From Candidatus Acidiferrales bacterium (GTDB lineage: Bacteria; Acidobacteriota; Terriglobia; Acidiferrales; UBA7541), in assembly GCA_030037355.1 (NCBI GenBank), contig JASHRL010000231.1, positions 1 through 45,816 of the forward strand: a stretch of DNA of 45,816 bases, written 5' to 3'. Of this stretch, positions 16,569 through 25,866 are shown piece by piece (within the stretch, counting starts at the first letter, position 1; each line of letters opens with the position of its first letter). The notes under the pieces are model-generated. The model saw only the letters and a program-made list of their open reading frames with translations. It did not search any database and was not told where the DNA came from. A program made the translations under genes and the position numbers.

Positions 16569-17741
16569 TTTCAAAAGCTCTCGCGCAATCACCGTGCGCT
16601 GCATCTCGCTGGTTCCTTCATAAATCGTCAGCACACGCGCATCCCTGTAATACCGCTCCACGTCGCTCTCGCGCGAAAATCCCTGGCTGCCGTGAATCTG
16701 CACAGCCTTCGCGCAAACGCGATTCGCCATCTCGCTCGCGTACAATTTCGCACGCGCCGCCTGCGCGCCGCGCCTCATTGGCGCAATCGCCGCGCCCTGA
16801 TCCCGCATCCATGCCGCGTAGTAAAGCAGCCCGCGCGCCGCTTCGATTTCCGTCTGCATGTCCGCCAGCATCCACTGAATGGCCTGAAATTCGCTGATCG
16901 TCTTGCCGAATGCCCGCCGCTGCTTCGCGTACTTCACCGACGCTTCCAGCGCCGCCTGCGCCAATCCCACCGACTGCGCCGCGATGCCCACGCGCCCGCC
17001 GTCGAGCGCCTCGAACGCGATCTTCAGCCCCTGCCCTTCCTCGCCGATGCGATTTTCCGCCGGCACGCGGCAATCCGTCAGCGACAGTTCCGCCGATTTC
17101 GATAGCCGCAGTCCCATTTTATCTTCGTACCGCGCCACGCGAAACCCGGGAAACGTTGGCTCGACGAGAAATGCCGTCACGCCTTTCGATCCGGCATTGG
17201 GGTCCGCTTGCCCTGACGAAGGAAGGGTCTTCGCGAACACAACATAAACTCCCGTCTGCCCGCCGCTCGAAACCCACGTCTTCGTCCCGTTCAACACATA
17301 AAAATCGCCGTCGCGCACCGCGCGCGCCTGAATCCCCGCCGCATCCGAGCCCGCCTGCGGTTCCGTCAGGCAAAACGAGCCGAGAATCTCCCCGCTCGCC
17401 AGTCGCCTCAAATATTTTTTCTTCTGTGTCTCGCTCCCGTGGTTTCCGAGCGGCGCGGCCACCACCGAATTCGTCACGCTCAGCGTCACCGCCGTCGACG
17501 CGCACACGCGCGCCACTTCTTCCAGCATCACCACGTAGCTGACCGTGTCCATCCCTGCGCCGCCCCACTCCTCGGGGATGAGCATCCCGCAGCAGCCCAG
17601 CTCGCCCAGTTTGCGCAGCTCCGCCGCGGGAAATTTCTCCTCGCGTTCGTAGGCGCGCAGCACAGGACGCATCTCCGTCTCCATGAACTGCCGCACCGTG
17701 TCGCGCAGCACCTTCTGTTCCGAGTTGAGCGAAAAATCCAT
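16557..17741 (-). CDS. acyl-CoA dehydrogenase
   Basis: 394 aa. Has GSFCLTEPQAGSDA and the catalytic-Glu region IYEGTSEMQRTVIAREL. Length is typical of short/medium-chain ACADs. Confidence 0.9.
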   Translation of the reverse strand: MDFSLNSEQKVLRDTVRQFMETEMRPVLRAYEREEKFPAAELRKLGELGCCGMLIPEEWGGAGMDTVSYVVMLEEVARVCASTAVTLSVTNSVVAAPLGNHGSETQKKKYLRRLASGEILGSFCLTEPQAGSDAAGIQARAVRDGDFYVLNGTKTWVSSGGQTGVYVVFAKTLPSSGQADPNAGSKGVTAFLVEPTFPGFRVARYEDKMGLRLSKSAELSLTDCRVPAENRIGEEGQGLKIAFEALDGGRVGIAAQSVGLAQAALEASVKYAKQRRAFGKTISEFQAIQWMLADMQTEIEAARGLLYYAAWMRDQGAAIAPMRRGAQAARAKLYASEMANRVCAKAVQIHGSQGFSRESDVERYYRDARVLTIYEGTSEMQRTVIARELLKTSG

Positions 17742-17803
17742 CCGGCAGGTGTAAACCCGATGCTAGCACAGCATCAATGATTGGCAAGGAGGCAACTTGA
17801 AAC

Positions 17804-18607
17804 CTATTGAGTTATTTTCTTTTGCGGCAGGTTTGTTGTTGGTGGCCCAGCGAGTTTGTCAATGAACTCATCAAGGGACTTGAGTCGCTTTGGTCCGACA
17901 AGCCCGTAATCGTCAACAGCCCACCTCGTACCTCCGATATCGATTGAGGTATGTGTCCCCGGCAAATCCGTCCACGAAACGGAATACTTTCTGCAGAGGG
18001 AGAAGAAATCCTTCCTGTAGAACATCTTTGTCAATCGCCGCACACGGTCCAGTGGAATCGTGTAAGACAACGGACCCATATGTTGCACATTAACGATGCC
18101 AACATACTTCACGCCTCCGTCGCCTGAAATATCAATCGTGTATCCCGGGCATGCGCCCATGCACGTGAATCGCTCGAACGTTATTCGCACACCTACCATG
18201 TCCACCGGGAAAGGAGGGGTAGAGGCAACAGATGGGCAATCTGACTCTGGCGGTGGTGGTTTCAAGACAACGTTGAGACTCACCGATTTCCCGGCGCGGA
18301 GGTTTATTGTCCGTTCTTGTTCCACGAAGTACGCCTTCGTGACGTCCAAAATGTAATTGCCCGGTACGACGCCGTTTATCGCATACCGACCGTCCTGGTC
18401 CGACCACACGCCCTTTACCTTGTTTCCTTTAGAGTCCTTTATCCAAACCACAGCTGAAATTCCGTGTCGCGGACTACGTGGGAATTGAATGAAGATCCGT
18501 CCTTTGATCGACCCTGCAGGAGCCTGTGCTCTAACCCGCGTCGACGTTCCCGCGCAGGCAAGCCACGCCAGAAAAAGCGCTGGGTACAAGTTGCGACGAC
18601 TAAGCAT
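17804..18607 (-). CDS. secreted protein: carboxypeptidase-regulatory-like domain plus Cys-motif C-terminal domain (DUF6438-like)
   Basis: Signal LYPALFLAWLACAGTSTRVRAQA. GSIKGRIF...DQDGRYAINGVVPGNYILDV is CarboxypepD_reg-like. The C-terminal ERFTCMGACPGYTIDISGDGGVKYVG resembles DUF6438 (from memory). Confidence 0.62.
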   Translation of the reverse strand: MLSRRNLYPALFLAWLACAGTSTRVRAQAPAGSIKGRIFIQFPRSPRHGISAVVWIKDSKGNKVKGVWSDQDGRYAINGVVPGNYILDVTKAYFVEQERTINLRAGKSVSLNVVLKPPPPESDCPSVASTPPFPVDMVGVRITFERFTCMGACPGYTIDISGDGGVKYVGIVNVQHMGPLSYTIPLDRVRRLTKMFYRKDFFSLCRKYSVSWTDLPGTHTSIDIGGTRWAVDDYGLVGPKRLKSLDEFIDKLAGPPTTNLPQKKITQ

Positions 18608-18770
18608 GGGAAGCCTGAATGGATGCTACCACAGCCTCCTCGCATCGCCAGTCTTCTGATTTATCGCGTAATGCATCGCGAAGTGATCGCACTCGTAAAT
18701 ATCCCGCCCGCATCGTTGATGGGTAGGGCGCTCTCTGCTACTATCTGCGCAAAATATCGGAGATAGAGAT

Positions 18771-19850
18771 TTGCGAATTCGCACGCGGGGCTCTGCCATA
18801 TTCTTTGTCGGGATTTTTCCCGCTGTCTTCCTTTGCGTAATGTTTTCTTGCCTTTGTGCCTGGGCCCAACAACAAAACGCAGCCGACACGCAAACTCAAC
18901 CTTCGCCTTTTCGGCTCATTAATTCTGTCTCCGGAAGCAAAGAGGTCACGAAGAATGCTGTGGAAACGATCGAGGACCCCCGTACGGTCTTCCACGTCCC
19001 CGAGGACACCAAGATTGTAGTGGTTTTCCAGATTGAAGGTCCCACCGGCGCACATCATCTTCAGGGAAGTTGGAGAAATCCTCAGGGAAACGTTGTATCC
19101 GTCGGCGATGTCGACATGCAGACCTACACACCAAAATTTTTCTGCTATTTCAGCCTCACGCTTCCCGACTCTGTTACGCCCGGCCTCTGGGCCCTTGAAC
19201 TTCAAGTCGATGGCCATCCTTCTGGTGTTCACACCTTTGAGATCGTCTCGAAGCCGAAGCCTGCCCCGCCGCCTCCTCCTGCGCCGCCACCCAGCACGAC
19301 CGACGTCTATCAGCGTGTCGTCGCTTCGAGTGTATTCATCGGCAATTTCGATTCAGATGGAGCGCTTCTCAGGCAAGGCTCAGGATTTTTCATGGGCCAG
19401 AACCTCTTGCTCACGGCATTTCAGGTGATCGACGGCGCCAGTTCATTGCAAATTGATTTTCCAGATGGCTCGCGTACGACCGTAAATCAGGTGCTCACTT
19501 GGAATCGTCGGCAGGATTGGGCTGTTCTGAAGGTAGAAGCTCCCAAGTCGCCACCACTGGAAAGAGCAAAGGCAGGCTCGTGGAAAGTCGGCGACGTTTG
19601 CTACCTTCTCGGCGCTCCAAATGAGTCCAGCCGAACAATTCAAAACGTCGGAATCACGGGATTTCAGGACTCTGCGGAAACTGGCGAACGCCTGAGTTTA
19701 TCGTGGACGGGAAGCCGTCTGACCATCGGCTCTCCCTTGCTTGACGACTACGGCCGGGTGATCGGCGTCTTGGGAGGCAGTCTCGTGCCGGGCGTTGAGA
19801 GCGTTTTCCGCGCAGGGGCAGGCCATTTATGGACGCCGGCCTCGCTCTAG
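18771..19850 (+). CDS. secreted trypsin-like (PF13365-type) domain protein, probably non-catalytic; likely the 5' part of a frameshifted gene
   Basis: Signal-like FFVGIFPAVFLCVMFSCLCAWAQQ, then a Pro-rich linker PKPAPPPPPAPPP. GSGFFMGQNLLLTAFQVIDG stands where the consensus is TNAHV. Also DWAVLKV and RLTIGSPLLDDYGRVIGVLGG. Confidence 0.6.
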   Translation: MRIRTRGSAIFFVGIFPAVFLCVMFSCLCAWAQQQNAADTQTQPSPFRLINSVSGSKEVTKNAVETIEDPRTVFHVPEDTKIVVVFQIEGPTGAHHLQGSWRNPQGNVVSVGDVDMQTYTPKFFCYFSLTLPDSVTPGLWALELQVDGHPSGVHTFEIVSKPKPAPPPPPAPPPSTTDVYQRVVASSVFIGNFDSDGALLRQGSGFFMGQNLLLTAFQVIDGASSLQIDFPDGSRTTVNQVLTWNRRQDWAVLKVEAPKSPPLERAKAGSWKVGDVCYLLGAPNESSRTIQNVGITGFQDSAETGERLSLSWTGSRLTIGSPLLDDYGRVIGVLGGSLVPGVESVFRAGAGHLWTPASL

Positions 19851-20326
19851 AGAACTCCGCCGCTCCCTTAGTCGTCCCAATCTCCATGATCCCCGAGCAG
19901 TCGAACTCGTCACAACCGGTAATGCTTAGTGCCCTGGTTTCACAAGGCATTTTCATTAAACCTTTATCGGCCGACACCCAGGTGCTTTCCGGCGTTCTAT
20001 GCAAAAGTTACCGAAAGCTTGGCGAAACAACTCTCCTCCCCTCCGATCAGTCGCTCAATTTCTCCCGCTCCCACGATTCGCTCGCGGTTGTTATTACATG
20101 GACTCCCGATAAGAAAACGAAATCAACCATGCAATTCCAAATCTATGACCTCGACAACCATTTGCTTGCCAGCTCTCCTCCCGCAAAAATCGACTTACAA
20201 TCTCGTGCGACAACTTATTCCGCAGCGAAATTTTCTCTTTCTTCGTTCAAACCAGGAATCTACCGAATGGATCTTCTACTTGGAGATCTTCCACAGTGGC
20301 GCGGCTTTTTCCGTGTGCAAGAATAG
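19829..20326 (+). CDS. hypothetical protein; probably the displaced 3' part of the preceding gene
   Basis: Overlaps the end of 18771..19850 in a different frame. That frame is open from 19799. The C-terminal domain resembles the N-terminal domain of the preceding ORF (PGLWALELQVDGHPSGVHTFEIV vs PGIYRMDLLLGDLPQWRGFFRV). Confidence 0.45.
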   Translation: MDAGLALENSAAPLVVPISMIPEQSNSSQPVMLSALVSQGIFIKPLSADTQVLSGVLCKSYRKLGETTLLPSDQSLNFSRSHDSLAVVITWTPDKKTKSTMQFQIYDLDNHLLASSPPAKIDLQSRATTYSAAKFSLSSFKPGIYRMDLLLGDLPQWRGFFRVQE

Positions 20327-20406
20327 CCCATGCTTGGCCAAGGCCGACGCTTCCGTCTAACACGGCATCGTCAGATCACGGAGAGCACTTTCAAGGAAAA
20401 TAAATC

Positions 20407-20433
20407 ATCCCCGGCGCCAGCGCTGCTGGGGAT
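20407..20433. terminator. hairpin between convergent genes (weak terminator candidate)
   Basis: ATCCCC (20407-20412) and GGGGAT (20428-20433) flank a loop that contains the palindrome CAGCGCTG. No strong U-tract. Confidence 0.3.
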
Positions 20434-20495
20434 CAGCGCCAGCGCCAGAAATTTTCTGCTTCTCCATCGTTTCAGACGCCTAACCCTAACTGCAA

Positions 20496-22646
20496 TCAGT
20501 GTCCGCCGTCCCAGCCATGGCCGTTGCCATTGCTGAAGTCGAATAGCTCGAAGAGATCGCTGATCGCGGGACCATTCACAGGAACATACGGATTGCCCGG
20601 TTCCGCAATCGGATTCGGGAAATTGTCGCGGCTGCGGTAACTGACCGGCGGCAAATTCCAGTTTCTCTCAATGAACTTCAGAATGGAGACGTGATCCGAG
20701 TAGTTGTGCGCGATACGTCCGCCTTGTGAGTACGCCGATACAACGATTAAGGGAATCCGCGTTCCGTCACCGAAGAAATCAAGGGGCTGAACGTATCCCG
20801 AGTCGTAGTAACCGCCGCCTTCGTCAAAGGTGATGAAGATCGCCGTGTCTTGCCAATACGGCGATGCCTGCACCATGGTCACGATCTTCTGGACAAAGCC
20901 CTCGAAGAGATCGAGCTTCGACGACGATGGGTGGCCGTCGACGAAGGCACTGGGCTTGACGAACGAAACCGCCGGGAGTGTGCCATTGGCGATGTCCGAG
21001 TACAGCCCACCCGAGCCCGTGATATCGTCGATGTGAGCTGTGCGTACGGCAGCATTGTTCATGATGGACGTGTCATACGCAAATGGATTGCAGATGGTGC
21101 AATACTCGTCGGCGGCGGTTATTTTAGCGGTACCGAGTTCATTTTCCGAACCCACCGCTCCGTAATTGATTTGATATGGATCCGACACGTAGTTGTTCCA
21201 CTGATCGCCGTAGTACTTCCACGAAATGTTGTGTGCGATCATCACGTCTCCGATGCTGGGCACAGACGACGGTGGAACCGTAAAGACAGTGTTGTACGGG
21301 CTTGAATCGGTAAACGCGTCATTGCCGTTACCGAACCAGCCCGGGTTGTAATTGTTCAGCAGGTAGTAGTGACCAGCTTGGCAGTGCGGGTCGACCGGCT
21401 TCGGCAGCGACTGGAGATACTTCACGATCGTGGAAACGCCCGGTTGTATGTCATCGGCGCAATCGCTATAGGAGCCGCCGCCATACGGACTTGCACCCGG
21501 CGAACCTGAACCATAGCCGTCTTGCGTGTACCAATTGTTCGTTCCGCCCATCGGGTTGGGGTTCTCTATTTCGTCCAAGACGGTGGGAATTCCGGCTGGT
21601 GTGGTTCCGTTAGTGGCTTCGTCATGAGGAGGAACAGCCGGGTGACCATTGCCGTCGCTGAACCAGATCATATCGCCGTGTCCCAGCATGATGTGATTGG
21701 CGCCCGTGCCACCGTCTACAGACTGGTGGAAGTTGTCGCTCATCGCATACGTATCTGCCAGACTCTTGAAGTACGGAACATCGCCCTCTTGAACATTGTA
21801 GAAGCCCATGGCTGTCGAGCCTTCGCCGGTGGTCACATCGCCCACTGCGTACTCTGTGCTGAAGTTTGTCGGTTGCGGCTGTCCATTGAGCTGAGTCGCT
21901 GAGCCTGCTCCAGCCGTCACTTCGACCCAAGGGAACAGCCTCGCATCACAACCTGATGGGTTCTGCCACGTGGCATTCTCAACGCTGCAATCCAGTTGTT
22001 GCCACATCTGATAGAAACGATGTACGGGACTCGCGGCGTATGAGTTGTATGTAAGCGTTGTGCCGTTCGTCAATTGGAACGGCCCTGCCGGCAACGAATT
22101 GACATTCGTAATGCGGGCGTCGGGCGTCTTGGAGGTCAGGCCGGTGCCGCCGGACACAAGGTCAGGAAGGTAGCTGGTTGGTAGACCCTGCTCGGTTGCC
22201 GCAGCAAGCGCCAAGCTGTCGCCCGGAATGTATGAGTCGAACGCGCCGCCTACAAGCGGAGCGGGAAGAACCTGACCGGGGAAAGAAACCTTGGGTGGGC
22301 TCAGAAGGAAGGCATCCGGAGCCTGATCAACGGCGGCCTTTTGCTCTACCTTATAGAAATTTGGACCGGGAGTTCCGTCGGCGTTGACGATTCCCTCGGA
22401 GAGCAGGTTCCAGACCGATTGCCCGTGTTTGGGCACGTAAGTGGCGAAGACATGATCAAAACTGCGGTTCTCGCCGATGATGACAATCACGTGCTTGATT
22501 GGCGTGACCGTATCGTTGTCGTGTAATCCTGGTAGCGGAGCGGCGCCGGCTAAAGACGCGCCCACCGCAAACTGAAACAGCGCCAGAGCCGCGAGCGCAG
22601 CGCGCAAACCATTCCATGCGTCTGATGCGAACCTCTTAAGCAACAT
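20496..22646 (-). CDS. secreted phosphoesterase-family protein (phospholipase C / acid phosphatase AcpA family)
   Basis: 716 aa. Signal ALAALALFQFAVGASLAGAAP. The motif IKHVIVIIGENRSFDHVFATY is the PF04185 N-terminal signature. Strong SD (AGGAGG) 6 nt upstream of ATG 22646. Confidence 0.82.
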   Translation of the reverse strand: MLLKRFASDAWNGLRAALAALALFQFAVGASLAGAAPLPGLHDNDTVTPIKHVIVIIGENRSFDHVFATYVPKHGQSVWNLLSEGIVNADGTPGPNFYKVEQKAAVDQAPDAFLLSPPKVSFPGQVLPAPLVGGAFDSYIPGDSLALAAATEQGLPTSYLPDLVSGGTGLTSKTPDARITNVNSLPAGPFQLTNGTTLTYNSYAASPVHRFYQMWQQLDCSVENATWQNPSGCDARLFPWVEVTAGAGSATQLNGQPQPTNFSTEYAVGDVTTGEGSTAMGFYNVQEGDVPYFKSLADTYAMSDNFHQSVDGGTGANHIMLGHGDMIWFSDGNGHPAVPPHDEATNGTTPAGIPTVLDEIENPNPMGGTNNWYTQDGYGSGSPGASPYGGGSYSDCADDIQPGVSTIVKYLQSLPKPVDPHCQAGHYYLLNNYNPGWFGNGNDAFTDSSPYNTVFTVPPSSVPSIGDVMIAHNISWKYYGDQWNNYVSDPYQINYGAVGSENELGTAKITAADEYCTICNPFAYDTSIMNNAAVRTAHIDDITGSGGLYSDIANGTLPAVSFVKPSAFVDGHPSSSKLDLFEGFVQKIVTMVQASPYWQDTAIFITFDEGGGYYDSGYVQPLDFFGDGTRIPLIVVSAYSQGGRIAHNYSDHVSILKFIERNWNLPPVSYRSRDNFPNPIAEPGNPYVPVNGPAISDLFELFDFSNGNGHGWDGGH

Positions 22647-22858
22647 TTCGCCTCCTTGTTTTATCGTGGCTTACACCCAGCGAGGCGATAGATAATCGTC
22701 TTGCATTGCAACGTGATGTTTTCATGGTGAACAGAAAAACAAATTCGTGGACGCGGTGTGCCGAATTCAACTGAACGCAGTGCGGAAATGTTTGGAGTTA
22801 GCGCAGCAATGCAGTTGAGACGGTTAACGAACGATGAATGCAAACAGCCGGAATTAAC

Positions 22859-24676
22859 TTAATGGCGCGCGCTGAGGCTATCAGTTCGTGGCGTTTCAGC
22901 GGCGCTCTTGTCACGCTTCGCGGTCTTTGGTTTATCTGCAGGTTCGACGCGAATCATGCCCATCATTCCTTTGTCTTCGTGCTCGAGAATGTGACAGTGG
23001 TATACAAAATCCCCGACGATATTCGGGTCCCGAAAATCCAGACGTATCCTCACCGACGGATATGCCAGTGCTTTGCCGTCGTAATACGGGACGTTCACCG
23101 TGTCGCGTAGGAACGGCTCATTGACCCTAACGCCCATGTAATCGAGGAGCATGAAATGTAGTTGATGGATGTGAAAGGCGTGCAATTCGCTCGACCGGTT
23201 CTCTATGATCCAATCCTCTACCGTACCCTGTTTCGCGATGATGTTGGGCACACCGGATTTGGGACTGAACGGCTCGGGCTTTTGGCCTTCCACAGTAATA
23301 TAAAACTCTACGGCGCTAGTGGGATCATTTGGATCCAGCAGTTTTTCAGAGAAATACAGTCTCCTCGTGCGGACAGGGGTAACGCTTCCTAGCCAAGCCA
23401 GAGTTGGAGGGGCCAGCGGTTTCGGCGAGGCTGCAAGCCGGGAGGTCGGCTCCGGAGCGTTATCTGAGGCGGTAATTGTCGCAAGGGCTCGATTGGGATC
23501 GTTTTCGCCGCCGGGTCCCGTGTCCACGGTCCGCGTTACCAGGAGTCCCGTCTCGCCAGCAGGCGGTCCGGTGACAATAAACTCCATCCGCGCACCCGGT
23601 GGTATTCCAAGATGCGTCTGCCAGTCGACGAAATCGGTCGGCATTCCCTTGGCGGTGTTCAGCGGAACGCCATCTAGGGCAACAAGACCTAGAGGCTGGG
23701 GCGCGCGGTTGTACAAAACCTCCAAATTAAGATACGTAATCGCCGATGCGTTCAACACCCGCCATAGTTGGCGTTCGCCCGGCCTTATTTCGATCTTCGC
23801 CGGCGGATAGTCCGGGTAGGGCACGGGAACAAAATTGATCGAGATATCCTTTGCCGGCTTCCCAAAGCCGGTCCCCGTATTCGCTGCGTCCCCGTCGCGA
23901 TCATAAAATTGCCGCGGCATCACAGGTTCCGATGCCGCAGGGGGAGCGTTTGGGTTCACCAAATCTTGATCGCGAATGACAAATACCCGCTCGGGCAGGC
24001 CAGCGACTACTTTATCTGCACGCTCGATTCCTTCGACAATGATCGCTCCCGATGCTCCTCCCAACACGTCCATCCTTGTGAATCCATGAATGTGTGGATG
24101 GTACCAATACAACCCCGGCGGCTCGTTCTCTGGGACACGAAATCGGTACTCAAACGGCGGGTCGCCCGCTTGGATCGATGTCTTGAGCACGTCGTCCGCA
24201 TGACATGTTGGAGGTATCGTCATGCCATGAAAATGGAGATTCGTAGATGTCACGGTCATCAATCCGCTCGTGCAAGGGTCGGCATGTTTTCCGCCAGCGG
24301 TCTCCACCTGGTGGACATGCTGCGAGTTTTTGTGCAGCGGGTCGGTCAAGTCATTCTTCAAACGAAGAATGAGCAAATCACCCGGATTCAGTCGCAGCGT
24401 GGGCGACTCGGCGCCGTTGTCGTCGACATAACAATAGCGGACTGAGCCGTCGGCCTCCATCTGGTCGCGGAATGTAAGGTCGACTGTTAGGACGCCATTC
24501 TTGCTCCGCAGGTCTTCCGGGCTTGTAACAACGCTTCCAGCCGGCGGCCGCGGACAACTACTCGAGGGAACATTTTGCGCATGAACACACGCCCAGCCGC
24601 CAGAAAAAAAGAAAACCAAAATCACCAAATGAGAAGAAAAGAATGCCTTCAACCTGGCCTTGTTTACAGACTTCAT
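22859..24676 (-). CDS. multicopper oxidase (three cupredoxin domains)
   Basis: Copper-ligand motifs NLHFHGM, WYHPHIHG, HAFHIHQ and HCHILEHEDKGMMGM. N-terminal signal peptide. Confidence 0.9.
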   Translation of the reverse strand: MKSVNKARLKAFFSSHLVILVFFFSGGWACVHAQNVPSSSCPRPPAGSVVTSPEDLRSKNGVLTVDLTFRDQMEADGSVRYCYVDDNGAESPTLRLNPGDLLILRLKNDLTDPLHKNSQHVHQVETAGGKHADPCTSGLMTVTSTNLHFHGMTIPPTCHADDVLKTSIQAGDPPFEYRFRVPENEPPGLYWYHPHIHGFTRMDVLGGASGAIIVEGIERADKVVAGLPERVFVIRDQDLVNPNAPPAASEPVMPRQFYDRDGDAANTGTGFGKPAKDISINFVPVPYPDYPPAKIEIRPGERQLWRVLNASAITYLNLEVLYNRAPQPLGLVALDGVPLNTAKGMPTDFVDWQTHLGIPPGARMEFIVTGPPAGETGLLVTRTVDTGPGGENDPNRALATITASDNAPEPTSRLAASPKPLAPPTLAWLGSVTPVRTRRLYFSEKLLDPNDPTSAVEFYITVEGQKPEPFSPKSGVPNIIAKQGTVEDWIIENRSSELHAFHIHQLHFMLLDYMGVRVNEPFLRDTVNVPYYDGKALAYPSVRIRLDFRDPNIVGDFVYHCHILEHEDKGMMGMIRVEPADKPKTAKRDKSAAETPRTDSLSARH

Positions 24677-24853
24677 TCACCCACGCTTCTGAACTAGCGC
24701 TCAAACTCTCACTGCCAGCGTATCCCTGGAATTGTGACTGCTTTATGAACGACTCTTGAATTCTGGCTGCAACCCTGTCTTCATGCGTACTCACGGTAAG
24801 GTTCTTGCGAAGCAAGTTTTGCAAAACGTAAAACCCGAATTTAGTGGATTCAC

Positions 24854-25636
24854 TCACATCTTTGTAAGTTCGCGGAGCCTTCTTGTCTGTGCCCGGCTCA
24901 CCGGCACTTCGCTTGCGCGTTTGTCATCCATTTTCAGCATGTAGCTCGATTTGAACCACGGCACGACTTCCTTGATATGGTCGATATTCACCAGATACGA
25001 CCGATGCGCGCGCCAGAACCGCTCCGAGTCCAGCGACGCCTGCAACTCTTCAATCGTTCGGTAATTCGACACGCCTTCTGAGTCGCGCGTAAAAATCGTG
25101 ATCGCGCCGTCCTGTATCGACGCATAAACCAGCTGATCCGCATCCACCAGAAACATTTTCTGCTGCGATTTCAGCAGCAGCTTCACGGGCTTCGCGCTGG
25201 CGACCGCTTTCGGCGCGCCCAGATTCTCGATCAGCGTCTCCAGCCTTTCCACCGGCGACGCATTCGCCTCCACCATCTTCTTCGCGCGCTGCACCGCCTT
25301 CGCCACGCGCCCTTTGTCGAACGGCTTCAGCACGTAATCCACGGCGTTCACTTCAAACGCCTGCACTGCGTATTCATCGAACGCCGTCGCGAAAACGATC
25401 TGCGGCGACTTGATCTTTTTCTCCACCAGCCGCTTGATCACGCCAAATCCATCGAGCCCCGGCATTTGCACGTCCAGAAAAACGAGATCCGGCGCGTGCT
25501 CCTTGATCAAGTTCACCGCGTCCAGCCCGTTTTTCCCCTGCGCGACGATATTGATCTCCGGAAACGCCTTCAGCAGGTACGCGAGCTCCTCCCGCGCCGG
25601 CCGTTCGTCATCGACAATGATCGTGTTTATCGGCAT
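24854..25636 (-). CDS. two-component response regulator, LytR/AlgR family (REC + LytTR)
   Basis: IIVDDERPAREEL...DLVFLDVQMPGLDG (receiver domain). C-terminal LytTR domain (FWRAHRSYLVNIDHIKEV...VPVSR). No histidine kinase gene is adjacent. Confidence 0.9.
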   Translation of the reverse strand: MPINTIIVDDERPAREELAYLLKAFPEINIVAQGKNGLDAVNLIKEHAPDLVFLDVQMPGLDGFGVIKRLVEKKIKSPQIVFATAFDEYAVQAFEVNAVDYVLKPFDKGRVAKAVQRAKKMVEANASPVERLETLIENLGAPKAVASAKPVKLLLKSQQKMFLVDADQLVYASIQDGAITIFTRDSEGVSNYRTIEELQASLDSERFWRAHRSYLVNIDHIKEVVPWFKSSYMLKMDDKRASEVPVSRAQTRRLRELTKM

Positions 25637-25866
25637 CCTTCGCTCGCCCCGCGCGACTCGCGCTCAGTATACGCAACGCTTCTCTCGCTGACAATTCGCT
25701 CGACCACGTTTCTTGCGCTCCGCCGCGCAATTTTCGCATCTCCGCTTCCGCCGTGCGCCTCGTTCAAAGCGCCTCACGCGAAGCGTGGGCTATATCAACA
25801 TCGCCTCAGCGCCGTCTGGTCCACGCGTGCAGATCACGCATATATGTACCGCTCACATTTGGTCTT

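Noticed and set aside
22661-22843. 60-aa minus-strand ORF in the oxidase-phosphoesterase spacer
   Set aside because: It has only a TTG start, no SD and no recognisable features. It is more likely regulatory DNA.
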